Shown here: positions 1 to 12,727 of the stretch, one piece after another
How the letters are laid out: each line of letters begins with the position of its first letter
Numbering within the stretch: the first letter of the stretch is position 1
Assembly (NCBI GenBank): GCA_963723515.1
Contig: CAVRQT010000003.1
Span: 576,001 to 640,000 of the forward strand
DNA from: Vulcanimicrobiota bacterium
GTDB taxonomy: Bacteria > Vulcanimicrobiota > Vulcanimicrobiia > Vulcanimicrobiales > Vulcanimicrobiaceae
Length of the DNA stretch: 64,000 nt
Direction: 5' to 3'
Position numbers and translations under genes: made by a program
The notes under the pieces: model-generated
Told to the model about the DNA's origin: nothing
What the model saw: the letters and a program-made list of their open reading frames with translations, nothing else
Database searches by the model: none

Positions 1-1464
1 GTTGCCTTCTTCGGCCGCGTCGAATATTTGCCGTTGCACATCTTCGATCGGTGGCGAGCCGGAGAGCTGATGTCGCGGTTTTCAAACGATGGTGGTCTGC
101 TCGTCGTCGGCGTCATGCAGTTTCCGCTCTTCATACAGGCGCTGATCACGCTGATCGTCGGTATTCCGGTGATGTTCTACTTGGATTGGAAGCTGACGCT
201 GCTGATCGTCTTGACGGGGTCAGTCGTTGCATTGGCAGTCAGCCGATTTTCTTCGCTGCTGCGCAACTTCACCCAACATTCCCTTATGAAGACGGCCGAT
301 CTCAACGCGATGCTTCAGGAATCTCTCGACTCGATGCGCGTGATCAAGGCGTTTTCGCGCGAACCTTACGAAATTCAACGCTTCACCGACCGCAATAACG
401 CCTTCTTGGGCGCCGCACTCAAATTGGCGCAGATTTCGATCACCCAAACGCCGGTCGTGGATTTTATCGTCACTCTGGGCATCATCGTGGTCCTCGCGGC
501 GTCCGCTTATGAGATCGTCCTTGGCCTAAAGCGTCCGGACGAAGTCGTTCAATTTCTGACGCTCGCGCTGGTTGCGAGCAATCCGATAAATCAGCTCTCC
601 AACTACTACGTCGATTTGAACAAGGCGCGAGTTGCCGCGCAGCGCGTCTTCGAAGTGTTGGATCTGCCGATCGAAGAGCCGGACGCTCCCGGGGCGCAAG
701 ACCTTATTGCACCGCGCGGTGCTGTCACGTTTGAAGACATTCACTTCGCCTACACGCCCGGACACGAAGTGCTGCAAGGAATCACTGCGGATATTGCTCC
801 CGACAATGTCGTTGCGCTCGTCGGCCCTTCGGGCGCGGGAAAGACAACGCTCGTAAATTTGATTCCGCGGTTCTATACCGTAATATCCGGCGCGCTGCGA
901 GTCGACGGGGCCGACGTCAACGACTTGAAGCTCGCCAGTTTGCGCAAGATCATTGCGATTGTGCCGCAAGACCCGCTGCTCTTTTCAGATACGATCGAGC
1001 GCAACATTCGCTACGGCAAACTTGATGCGACGCCGGCCGAGATCGAAGGCGCAGCCCGCGCGGCGAACGCGCACCAATTCATTGCGGAGTTTCCGGAGGG
1101 ATACAATACGATGGTCGGGGCGCGCGGCGTTCGGCTCTCAGGCGGCGAGCGTCAACGCGTCTCAATTGCGCGTGCGCTCCTGCGCGACCCTCGAATCTTA
1201 ATTCTCGACGAAGCGACGTCGTCGTTAGATTCGGAATCCGAAGCGCTCATTAGTGAGGCGCTGCAGCGGCTTTTCGTCGGCCGCACGACGTTCATCATCG
1301 CGCACCGGCTTTCCACGATCCGTCGTGCAACCTTAATCTTGGTAGTCGATCGCGGTCGGATCGTGGAGAGCGGAACCCATGCCGAACTCCTTGCGCGCGG
1401 CGGACTCTACGCCTCGCTTCACGAGCGTCAGGCGCTTGTGCCGGCGTCGGCCGGTACGGTTTGA
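1..1464 (+). CDS. ABC transporter permease/ATP-binding protein (MsbA-like exporter), 5'-truncated by window edge
   Basis: TM helices followed by Walker A GPSGAGKT, signature LSGGERQR, Walker B ILILDEATS; frame open from window start. Confidence 0.9.
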   Translation, partial: VAFFGRVEYLPLHIFDRWRAGELMSRFSNDGGLLVVGVMQFPLFIQALITLIVGIPVMFYLDWKLTLLIVLTGSVVALAVSRFSSLLRNFTQHSLMKTADLNAMLQESLDSMRVIKAFSREPYEIQRFTDRNNAFLGAALKLAQISITQTPVVDFIVTLGIIVVLAASAYEIVLGLKRPDEVVQFLTLALVASNPINQLSNYYVDLNKARVAAQRVFEVLDLPIEEPDAPGAQDLIAPRGAVTFEDIHFAYTPGHEVLQGITADIAPDNVVALVGPSGAGKTTLVNLIPRFYTVISGALRVDGADVNDLKLASLRKIIAIVPQDPLLFSDTIERNIRYGKLDATPAEIEGAARAANAHQFIAEFPEGYNTMVGARGVRLSGGERQRVSIARALLRDPRILILDEATSSLDSESEALISEALQRLFVGRTTFIIAHRLSTIRRATLILVVDRGRIVESGTHAELLARGGLYASLHERQALVPASAGTV

Positions 1465-1467
1465 CAA

Positions 1468-2145
1468 ATGGAAACCGAAGAGCGCCTGCTCAAAGATTTC
1501 TATCTCGCGTTCGAAGACCGCTTTCGGGGCAGCTCGCAGGATATCGAGCAGCGCCTCTCCGTCTATCTTCCTTTTATAGAGCAGACCCCTGACGCGAAGA
1601 AGCCGATCGTCGACCTCGGATGCGGGCGCGGCGAGTGGTTGCAGCTATTGCAGAACAACGGATATCCGGCAGTCGGCGTCGATTCGGATGCGGCGATGCT
1701 CGAGCATTGCCGTAATCGCGGGCTCGACGTCTTGGAAGCCGACGTGCTCGAGCATCTACGTTCGCTTGAGCCGGAGAGCGTACGCGGCGTCAGCGCTTTC
1801 CATCTCGTCGAACACATGCCGTTCCAGGTGACCTTGCAGCTGCTCCAAGAAATTAAGCGCGCGCTCGTGCCGGGCGGAATCGCGTTGATCGAGACGCCGA
1901 ATCCGCACAACATTCTGGTCGGCGCCTGCCATTTCTACAACGACCCGACGCATTTACGCCCTATTCCAAGCCCGCTCTTGAATTTTGCGGCGGAGTATTG
2001 CGGTCTAGTGAGGTCCTCGGTGCTGTTCTTGCATCCTGCGGACGTCACCCATTGGGTTCAGGATCAAGGTGGCACGATCGAGCACCGCTTCAACGACCTC
2101 TTCTATGGGCCGCAAGACTACTCGCTGATCGCTTATAAGTCGTGA
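1468..2145 (+). CDS. Class I SAM-dependent methyltransferase (glycan-associated type)
   Basis: VDLGCGRGEW motif I; N-terminal YLAFEDRFRGS typical of polysaccharide-locus methyltransferases. Confidence 0.85.
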   Translation: METEERLLKDFYLAFEDRFRGSSQDIEQRLSVYLPFIEQTPDAKKPIVDLGCGRGEWLQLLQNNGYPAVGVDSDAAMLEHCRNRGLDVLEADVLEHLRSLEPESVRGVSAFHLVEHMPFQVTLQLLQEIKRALVPGGIALIETPNPHNILVGACHFYNDPTHLRPIPSPLLNFAAEYCGLVRSSVLFLHPADVTHWVQDQGGTIEHRFNDLFYGPQDYSLIAYKS

Positions 2146-3254
2146 CCGCTGCGTCCGGCAAAGGGCGAACGTTGCGTTCGCTTTTGATTATGCGCCCCGA
2201 CGGCCGCACTCGCTATGGCGGCGATACGACGCTCGTTTACAACACCGCGAACGCGTTGCGTGAAGCTGGTGCCGACTCCGACATTGTCGAGAGCGACAAC
2301 CCCGATCCGCATGGTTACGACATCGCGCATATCTTCAACGTCGGCCAGCCGGAAGTTTGCGAGCGCCAAATGGAGGCGTGCGAGCGAGCGAATGCGACAA
2401 TCGTTCTCTCGCCGGTTTGGCTGGATCTCAAGGAACTCTTTACGCGAGCGCAAGCGGCAGAGAATGTTATCGTGCGGGAGCGCTCGGAACGCAAAGCGGA
2501 AGCGCAATTGGCAAAGATTCGCAAGGCGCCGCTCGACACGTTTTTCAATCGTAAGCAGCAGAAGGAGTTCGCGGAGCGCGAACGGCGGCAGTCGGCGTTA
2601 TTGCAACGTGCGCGCGTGTTGCTTCCAAACAGCGCAATGGAGGCGCGCGATTGCATGGTGCGACTCGGCGTGCGCGAAATACCGAGCGTATCGGTGCCGA
2701 TACCGGCCGATCTCTCGCCGGCCGAATATTGGCAAGAGGAGCGATGGGGCGTCAGCTGCGTTGGGCGCGTTGAAACACGCAAGAATCAAACGATGCTCGC
2801 GTTCGCGCTGCGCAACGAAAGCGTCGAACTCGATTTGGTTGGCGCGATGTATAATCCCGGCTTAGCAAAGGAGTGCGAGCGGTGGAATGCACGCGCGCGC
2901 TTTCATGGGCGCACCGCCCGCACGGACATGCTCAAGGTCATCGGCCGGACCGAAGTACATGCGCTCGTTTCGTGGTGCGAAACCGCCGGGATCGCCAGTC
3001 TTGAAGCGGCTGCCGCAGGCGCGAAATTAGTTGTAGGCGATCGCGGTGCCGAATACGAGTACTTTGGAGACGATGCCGAATATGCGGATCCGGCCGATCC
3101 CGATTCCATCGCCGCTGCCGTTGCGCGCGCGCTCCGCCGGCCGCCCCGTCGGAAAGGCGATTCCCTCGATCACCGGTTGCGAAGAGTCACCTGGCAGTAT
3201 GCAGCCCGTGAAACGTTGCGTGCCTATGAGACCGCCCTCTCACAAACGCCTTAG
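2142..3254 (+). CDS. Glycosyltransferase family 4 protein
   Basis: GGD N-terminal motif, VGRVETRKNQ, E-x7-E motif ETAGIASLE; GTGA overlap with upstream gene. Confidence 0.85.
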   Translation: MTAASGKGRTLRSLLIMRPDGRTRYGGDTTLVYNTANALREAGADSDIVESDNPDPHGYDIAHIFNVGQPEVCERQMEACERANATIVLSPVWLDLKELFTRAQAAENVIVRERSERKAEAQLAKIRKAPLDTFFNRKQQKEFAERERRQSALLQRARVLLPNSAMEARDCMVRLGVREIPSVSVPIPADLSPAEYWQEERWGVSCVGRVETRKNQTMLAFALRNESVELDLVGAMYNPGLAKECERWNARARFHGRTARTDMLKVIGRTEVHALVSWCETAGIASLEAAAAGAKLVVGDRGAEYEYFGDDAEYADPADPDSIAAAVARALRRPPRRKGDSLDHRLRRVTWQYAARETLRAYETALSQTP

Positions 3255-3267
3255 GCTCTAGCAGCGC

Positions 3268-4119
3268 TTAGATTCTTAGCGCACTCTCAAAGTTGTGAAC
3301 CGCCGTACCGCCGGCTTCGATCTCGTGCAGGCCGTCATCGCTTTGACGAAAGCGCGCGTGGAGAAAGCTTTGCCGCCCCATCTTCGTACCTTGTTCAATG
3401 GTCAACCGATCTGTATTCGGGTCCAGCTCCTTCGCGAGTTTTAGCGTTAGAGAAAGCGGCGCAACGGAGCCGCCCGTCGCCGGATCTTCAACGATGCCGT
3501 AAGCGGGATTCGGAAACATTCGCGAATAGGCACGGCCGGATCGATAACAAAAGACGAGCACGTCGATATCCCCCAGCCCTTGCTGCTGCAGCGCTTGACG
3601 GTTAGGTTCGACGCTGTCGACTGCCTGGCGATTCTCTACGATGACGCTCAGAAAACGAACGCCGTTTTTAATAATGTAAGCGCTCCGGCAACTTCCCCGG
3701 GAGAGCCCAACCGCGGCAGCAACGTCCGGGGCGCTGACTTCGCGCTCCGCATTTGGAACCGGCGGAACGATCCAAAACATTTCGCGCTCGCGTCGCACGC
3801 GGACCGGCCCGACGTTCATCTCAAATCGAAACTCTGCGTCGGCGATGATGCCTTCGCGCGTGAGTACGAATGCGGTTCCGACGGTCGGATGCCCGGCGAA
3901 CGGCAACTCGATGCCCGGCGTGAAGATGCGAACGCGAAAGGCGCAGGCCAAATCGCTGCTCCGTTGGACAAAAGTCGTCTCCGAGAGATTCATTTCGCGA
4001 GCGATGCGCTGCATCAACTCCGGCGCAAGGTCATCTGCGTCAATGTAGACGGCCAGCGGGTTGCCATAGAGCGGCCGTTCGGTGAAAACGTCGACTTGAT
4101 GAAACTTCAACGAGCGCAT
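3268..4119 (-). CDS. PhzF family isomerase
   Basis: VDVFT..GNP, MNLSETTF, ELPFAGHPT, EDPATG motifs; start reassigned to ATG at 4119. Confidence 0.9.
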   Translation of the reverse strand: MRSLKFHQVDVFTERPLYGNPLAVYIDADDLAPELMQRIAREMNLSETTFVQRSSDLACAFRVRIFTPGIELPFAGHPTVGTAFVLTREGIIADAEFRFEMNVGPVRVRREREMFWIVPPVPNAEREVSAPDVAAAVGLSRGSCRSAYIIKNGVRFLSVIVENRQAVDSVEPNRQALQQQGLGDIDVLVFCYRSGRAYSRMFPNPAYGIVEDPATGGSVAPLSLTLKLAKELDPNTDRLTIEQGTKMGRQSFLHARFRQSDDGLHEIEAGGTAVHNFESALRI

Positions 4120-4207
4120 CGCGGCAAGATTAAGCAGCGAATCGGGCGGCCCTATTGCGACAATTATGTGGTAAGGCGCCGCCGGGGGATGGTAGGCTAG
4201 CAGCGTC

Positions 4208-4390
4208 GTGGCAAGCCCCAACGCGTACGGTTCCCAGCTGATTGCCCTAGCGTTGGCCGCTTTCTGGCCGGTCGTGGTCCTCGGATTGGTCGTGGCGTCG
4301 TGGATCGGCGACCTGATTCCCTCGACGCTCCGCGCGAAGATCGCTCGACGCGGGCCGAAGCCGCAGTTCACGAGCGACCGCCGTGCTTGA
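4208..4390 (+). CDS. Possible small membrane protein
   Basis: 60-aa ORF with one hydrophobic helix filling the intergenic gap; no recognised family. Confidence 0.3.
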   Translation: MASPNAYGSQLIALALAAFWPVVVLGLVVASWIGDLIPSTLRAKIARRGPKPQFTSDRRA

Positions 4391-4416
4391 CCCCTCAGGG
4401 TAACCTCCTATATACT
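4387..4416 (+). promoter_or_regulatory. Sigma70-type promoter of rpoB
   Basis: TTGACC-18 bp-TATACT about 170 bp upstream of rpoB. Confidence 0.65.
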
Positions 4417-4420
4417 GTTT

Positions 4421-4499
4421 GCCTGTGCCCCGCGGCTCTTAGCCACCTCGAGGAGAGGACGAGCGGCTTGTGCGGACAGGCGTCGGCTCGTTCTTTTTT
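4421..4499 (+). promoter_or_regulatory. Putative attenuator in rpoB 5' leader
   Basis: Hairpin AGGACGAGC/GCTCGTTCT with inner GCTTGT/ACAGGC followed by T-run; competing pairing of 4421-4433 with 4472-4481. Confidence 0.5.
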
Positions 4500-4583
4500 G
4501 CATGTCCTTTTGTCAGGACCGCATTTCTCGGTGCAGCCCGGCACCCGCAATACGTCTATATAAAGGTTAAAAGAGAGAAATAG

Positions 4584-8416
<3,833 letters not shown>

Positions 8417-8417
<1 letters not shown>

Positions 8418-8611
8418 TGCAGACAAGCACCCGCAAGTCGATCGACTGCAGAAAGCAGCCGAGTGAGAACAATTGCTCGCTCACGATCTCAGGCAGCGAA
8501 GAAGAAGTCATCAAAGCCGCGCGCGAGCATGCAATATCAAGTCACGGGCACAAGGCCGGCCCCGAATTGGATGAAGGATTGCGCCGGGGTCTCGAGCCCG
8601 CTCGCGATTAA
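8417..8611 (+). CDS. DUF1059-like small protein
   Basis: RKSIDCR..PSE.NCSLTISGSEEEV...A.EHA...HGH pattern; TAATG overlap with rpoB stop. Confidence 0.75.
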
Positions 8612-8625
8612 CCGAATCCGACTTT

Positions 8626-8664
8626 AAAAAGAAGCAAGGCCCGCATTAGGCGGGCCTTTTGCTT
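8626..8664. terminator. Bidirectional intrinsic terminator
   Basis: AAGGCCCGC-ATTAG-GCGGGCCTTTT between convergent genes, flanked by A- and T-runs. Confidence 0.85.
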
Positions 8665-10603
8665 AAAAGTGAAACCTCTGTTCGACGATCAACGTCGTCG
8701 CCTTGTAGTTCGGCGAAGGCCCATTCGGAATCGATGGGAGACCTGCAAACGCTGAACGTCGCAATTGTACGAGCAGTGCGCCGCGGTCTGACTCGGTCAC
8801 CTGCGCGCCGATGAAGCCGACGTTCTGAAAGTAATCGACGTTCGTCGCGGTTGAGGCAAACGAGCCGCGCATCGCGTACCGCCCAAAGCCGATATCCGCA
8901 AGCGCGGCGGCGCTGAATCGATGCGCCAGCGTCAGGACCGCCTGCGGCGCTTGATAAGAAACATGGTCTTCTGGATGCGCCGGCGCGTTGCCGCGATGCA
9001 TCGTGTCGTCCACATAGTCAAACGTCAGATCACCGAATAAGGGATGCCATGCGATCCACAGGCCGTATTGGTGCTGAATGCCGAGCGTGCCCGCTCCGTT
9101 GAATTGCGGCAGAAAGAAGCCCTCGACAAATCCGACTTGCTGTTCGTTGGCCAACGTTGCCGGTTCGATTTGGCGAAACGTCGAGAACGACGCGTGCACT
9201 TCCAGAGGGCCTTTGTCCACGCCGTATCGCACGCGGTAGCCTTGACGGTTGACGCCCAGCAACGTGTTGTCGGCGAGCTGGTATGTTGACTTGAGCCACG
9301 GACCCGGCCACGACCACGCGACGCTCCAGACGTTTTCGGGTGTACCGTACGGTAGGATCGCGGTCGCGTAGCGCGGTTCAAAGCGATAGCCGTCGACGTT
9401 CAATGTCGCGCGACCATGGTGCGCAACAAAGCCGAGGTGATAAAACCCGCCGGGGCGGTCCGTGCCAGGTTCGGACACATTATTTGCGTCGTACCATGCG
9501 CGTCCGATTTCGGCAACGGAATCAACCGCGTTGCTGATATGAAAGGCGGCGCGAAGTCCGGCGATCGATTCGATCTGCCCACCGAGCACGCTGGTCGGTA
9601 GAGGACCCTGCGGCCCGGGATTCGTCTTTGGGTCCGATCCGAACAGCATGCTGGTTGATAGCAAATCGCCTCCGGTTACAAGATGCAAAAAGGATGCGGA
9701 ATAGCGCGTTCCTTCGCCGTGATCGAAGACAAGCGACGCGATCGAAACGCGGGCGGCCGTTCCGGGAAGAGATGGCAATGCGGCGTTCGTCAATTCCAAC
9801 GTTGCGATCCCCCGATGCGCCGTCAAATCGATGCCGTGCAACGGCAAGCCTGGTTCGGGACTCGGCCAACTGTCGAGCGAAGGCGGCCCATTGCCAATCG
9901 TTTCCGGCGTCGCAAACCCGATCGCGGGCGTTACGTTTGTGAGAGGGGGCTGTACAAATACGAACCGGTCGCTTTGATTGAGGTCGAAAAATCCACCACG
10001 CAGTGCCCAGCTTCCGTCATGCGCCCCGATCGATCCGAACAGCGGTGCGATGGCCGACGCCGTCCCTTCGTCTTGATTCGCATGCGTTGGAAATGTTATG
10101 CGGTACGGCAAGTTGGTAAAGCCGAGATGCGCGTTAAAGCTCGGCATCAGATTTTCGCCCCAATAGACGGCGTTTTGCATGCTCCCCGTCGCCAGCCCCA
10201 AACCGACGATCGCCGAGGCATCGTATTTTGAACCGATGTAGCGCGCGGTAATATTCGCTTGCGCAATGCCGGCAATTCCCGGTGTCTGCGCGGCGCTCGA
10301 AAACGTATCGTACGGCGTCATTGGTGAGAGCGGAGAGCCCGCGATGAAGCCCGGCCCTTCCGGGGGCTTTAGACCGGAGCCGCTGGCCGCCGTGTCGATG
10401 AAGTCCGTAAACGAATCGAAGAACAGATGAAATCCCGGAGCAGGTATTGCGGACGGTGCTTCCGTTGGTTGCGATGGCGCCGCCGCGGAGGGTGAGGCAC
10501 TGGGTGAAGCACTCGGCGATGGAGCCGGCTGCGCGTTCGCCGATTGTACGGTCAGCGCAAGCGCAATGGCGGCAAAGTAAAGCGACGCACGTAATGCGCT
10601 CAC
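8663..10603 (-). CDS. Secreted/outer-membrane beta-barrel-like protein of unknown function
   Basis: Signal peptide (ANA cleavage site), Pro/Ser/Ala linker, amphipathic beta-strand patterns, C-terminal Phe (EQRFHF). Confidence 0.7.
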   Translation of the reverse strand: MSALRASLYFAAIALALTVQSANAQPAPSPSASPSASPSAAAPSQPTEAPSAIPAPGFHLFFDSFTDFIDTAASGSGLKPPEGPGFIAGSPLSPMTPYDTFSSAAQTPGIAGIAQANITARYIGSKYDASAIVGLGLATGSMQNAVYWGENLMPSFNAHLGFTNLPYRITFPTHANQDEGTASAIAPLFGSIGAHDGSWALRGGFFDLNQSDRFVFVQPPLTNVTPAIGFATPETIGNGPPSLDSWPSPEPGLPLHGIDLTAHRGIATLELTNAALPSLPGTAARVSIASLVFDHGEGTRYSASFLHLVTGGDLLSTSMLFGSDPKTNPGPQGPLPTSVLGGQIESIAGLRAAFHISNAVDSVAEIGRAWYDANNVSEPGTDRPGGFYHLGFVAHHGRATLNVDGYRFEPRYATAILPYGTPENVWSVAWSWPGPWLKSTYQLADNTLLGVNRQGYRVRYGVDKGPLEVHASFSTFRQIEPATLANEQQVGFVEGFFLPQFNGAGTLGIQHQYGLWIAWHPLFGDLTFDYVDDTMHRGNAPAHPEDHVSYQAPQAVLTLAHRFSAAALADIGFGRYAMRGSFASTATNVDYFQNVGFIGAQVTESDRGALLVQLRRSAFAGLPSIPNGPSPNYKATTLIVEQRFHF

Positions 10604-10690
10604 CGTCGCCTTGATTGTGCGTCTCGTCTTGCCGCGCCTGTTGTTTGTCGGTGACGTTTAAGCCGACGCTCGATTCGGTAGTTTCTTCGT

Positions 10691-11428
10691 ATGGCGAAAG
10701 AGCGCGAGCAACCGGCACTCGCTCCCAAACCTGCTGAATGGCAGCGCGTCGCCGCCGAGTTTGTCGGCACGTTCTTGCTGACGTTCGTTGCGGCGGGAGC
10801 CGACTCGGTCGAATATGCAACGAACGGCCTGATCGGCCACGTCGCGCGGTATGCTGCGCCCGGACTGCTCGTCATGGCGATGATCTGGAGTTTGAGCGCG
10901 ATTTCGGGGGCGCATATCAACCCCGCCGTGACATTGGGGTTTGTTGCGCGCCGCTGCTTCCCGCTCTATCGGATCCCCGGTTACGTGCTGGCCCAATTTG
11001 CGGGCGGGATCGCCGGCGCAGCGCTCCTCTACGTGATCTTGAAGTATTCAGTTCAGCATGGCGTCACGAAGCCAAGCGCACCCTTCACCGACATCCAAGC
11101 TTTGATCGCGGAGGTCACCTTGACGTTCATCTTGGTCTTTACGATTCTGGCGACCGCCGAAGAGGAGGCCGTGGTCGGCAAGAACGTTGCCCTTGCGGTC
11201 GGCGGCATCATCGCGATGTGCGGTTTAGCGTTTAGCCCGCTCAGCGGAGCCTCGATGAATCCGGCACGTTCGCTTGGCCCGGCAGTCGTCACCGGAAGCT
11301 TCAGCGACCTTTGGGTCTATCTCGTCGGTCCGTTCGCCGGGGCGCTTATCGCGGCGGGTGTCGTCGAGTTGATCTTCGGGAATCCTTCGCAAAGCAGCCG
11401 GGAAGCCGCTCATGGAAAGCATCGATGA
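10691..11428 (+). CDS. MIP/aquaporin family channel
   Basis: SGAHINPAVT and GASMNPARS (two NPA motifs), AEFVGTF. Confidence 0.95.
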   Translation: MAKEREQPALAPKPAEWQRVAAEFVGTFLLTFVAAGADSVEYATNGLIGHVARYAAPGLLVMAMIWSLSAISGAHINPAVTLGFVARRCFPLYRIPGYVLAQFAGGIAGAALLYVILKYSVQHGVTKPSAPFTDIQALIAEVTLTFILVFTILATAEEEAVVGKNVALAVGGIIAMCGLAFSPLSGASMNPARSLGPAVVTGSFSDLWVYLVGPFAGALIAAGVVELIFGNPSQSSREAAHGKHR

Positions 11429-11994
11429 AGAAGAAAATTAACGCCACACACTACGAAGATATCCCAACGTTCCCGAACAAGGGGAAGGATCGCGTCGTAC
11501 ATGCGATCATCGAAACAGTAAAAGACAGTCCGCAGAAGTACGCGCTCAAGAGCAGCTACGGCATCATCTCACTGAGAGAGCCGCTTGCAAAGGGCTTAGA
11601 GTGGCCGTACGATTACGGATTCGTGCCGCAGACGCTTGCTGATGACGGCGATCCGATAGACCTGCTGTTCCTGAGTGACCTGGGAACGTTTTCCGGCTGC
11701 TTGGTCGAGTCGCGGTTGCTCGGTTCGATCAAACTGAAGAAGAACGGCGTGGAGAACGACCGTCTCGTCGGCGCGCCGATGCGTGTGGAAGGCTGCAAAC
11801 AGCCGACCGACGACTACGAAGATATCTCCGATCTACCGCGCCACGAGCTCGACAAGATCTGCAAGTTCCTTGTGGAGTATTCGGAGCGCCAAGGGAACGT
11901 CATCGAGTTGATTGGGCCCGTTCAAGCCGACGACGCCATAAAATCGATCATGACGTCGCGGAAGAAATACAAGAAGGCCAACAAGGAAAGCTAG
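11425..11994 (+). CDS. ppa: Family I inorganic pyrophosphatase
   Basis: YDYGFVPQTLADDGDPID motif; ATGA overlap with aquaporin stop. Confidence 0.85.
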   Translation: MKKKINATHYEDIPTFPNKGKDRVVHAIIETVKDSPQKYALKSSYGIISLREPLAKGLEWPYDYGFVPQTLADDGDPIDLLFLSDLGTFSGCLVESRLLGSIKLKKNGVENDRLVGAPMRVEGCKQPTDDYEDISDLPRHELDKICKFLVEYSERQGNVIELIGPVQADDAIKSIMTSRKKYKKANKES

Positions 11995-12719
11995 CTCTCC
12001 AAGAGGCCGTGAAGCGTTCGCGCGTCGTGAATCGCCGCCGCTTTCGTATCGTTGTTGAAGTAGACGAATACGTCGCGCGCCTGGGCGGCTAGTTTCAAAA
12101 TGCGATCCCGCCATCGTCTCAGCACGCGTTTCGGATACGAGCCGGCGTAGAGCAATAGATATCCATGGAGGCGGACGTATGCGAGGTCCGGCGAGGTCAC
12201 GGTGTCGGGCGTTCGAAGCCGTGGATAGTCGTGAACGCAAAACGCCATATTGTGTTCTTTGAGAATCGCGTACGTTCGCGGAACGAACCACGTCTTGTTG
12301 CGGAACTCCACGACATATCTGAACGCGGCCGGTAATTTCCCAAGAAAAAGTTCGAGCCTGCGGTCGTCGCGCTCGAGATAAGGCGGAAATTGGCAGAGGA
12401 TTTGGGCCAGCTGGTCGGTCCGGAAGCACCGTACGCGGTTCATATAGTTAAGAATGAATTCGTCGAGGCGCGGGGCCAGTGTCTTGCGATGCGTGATCAG
12501 CCGGCTTAATTTGACTGTAAAGAGAAAGCCGTCGGGAACTGAAGCACACCACCGGGCAACCTGTTCTTCTTTGGGGAGCCGGTACGTCGTTGCGTTGAGT
12601 TCGACGGTGTCAAAGTGGTCGGCGTAGTACGTAAGCCACTTGCTTTGGGCAAGTCCCTTTGGGTAGAAACGCCGGCGCCAGTCGTCGTACACCCATCCGC
12701 TCGTCCCGATGCGGATCAA
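11991..12719 (-). CDS. DUF72 domain protein
   Basis: IGTSGW, TVELNATTY, YVRLHG, VYFNND motifs; TTG start inferred. Confidence 0.9.
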   Translation of the reverse strand: MIRIGTSGWVYDDWRRRFYPKGLAQSKWLTYYADHFDTVELNATTYRLPKEEQVARWCASVPDGFLFTVKLSRLITHRKTLAPRLDEFILNYMNRVRCFRTDQLAQILCQFPPYLERDDRRLELFLGKLPAAFRYVVEFRNKTWFVPRTYAILKEHNMAFCVHDYPRLRTPDTVTSPDLAYVRLHGYLLLYAGSYPKRVLRRWRDRILKLAAQARDVFVYFNNDTKAAAIHDARTLHGLLES

Positions 12720-12727
12720 AGAATTTT

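Noticed and set aside
3268..4119. Phenazine biosynthesis
   Set aside because: The PhzF-family gene is stand-alone, and no other phz genes are present.
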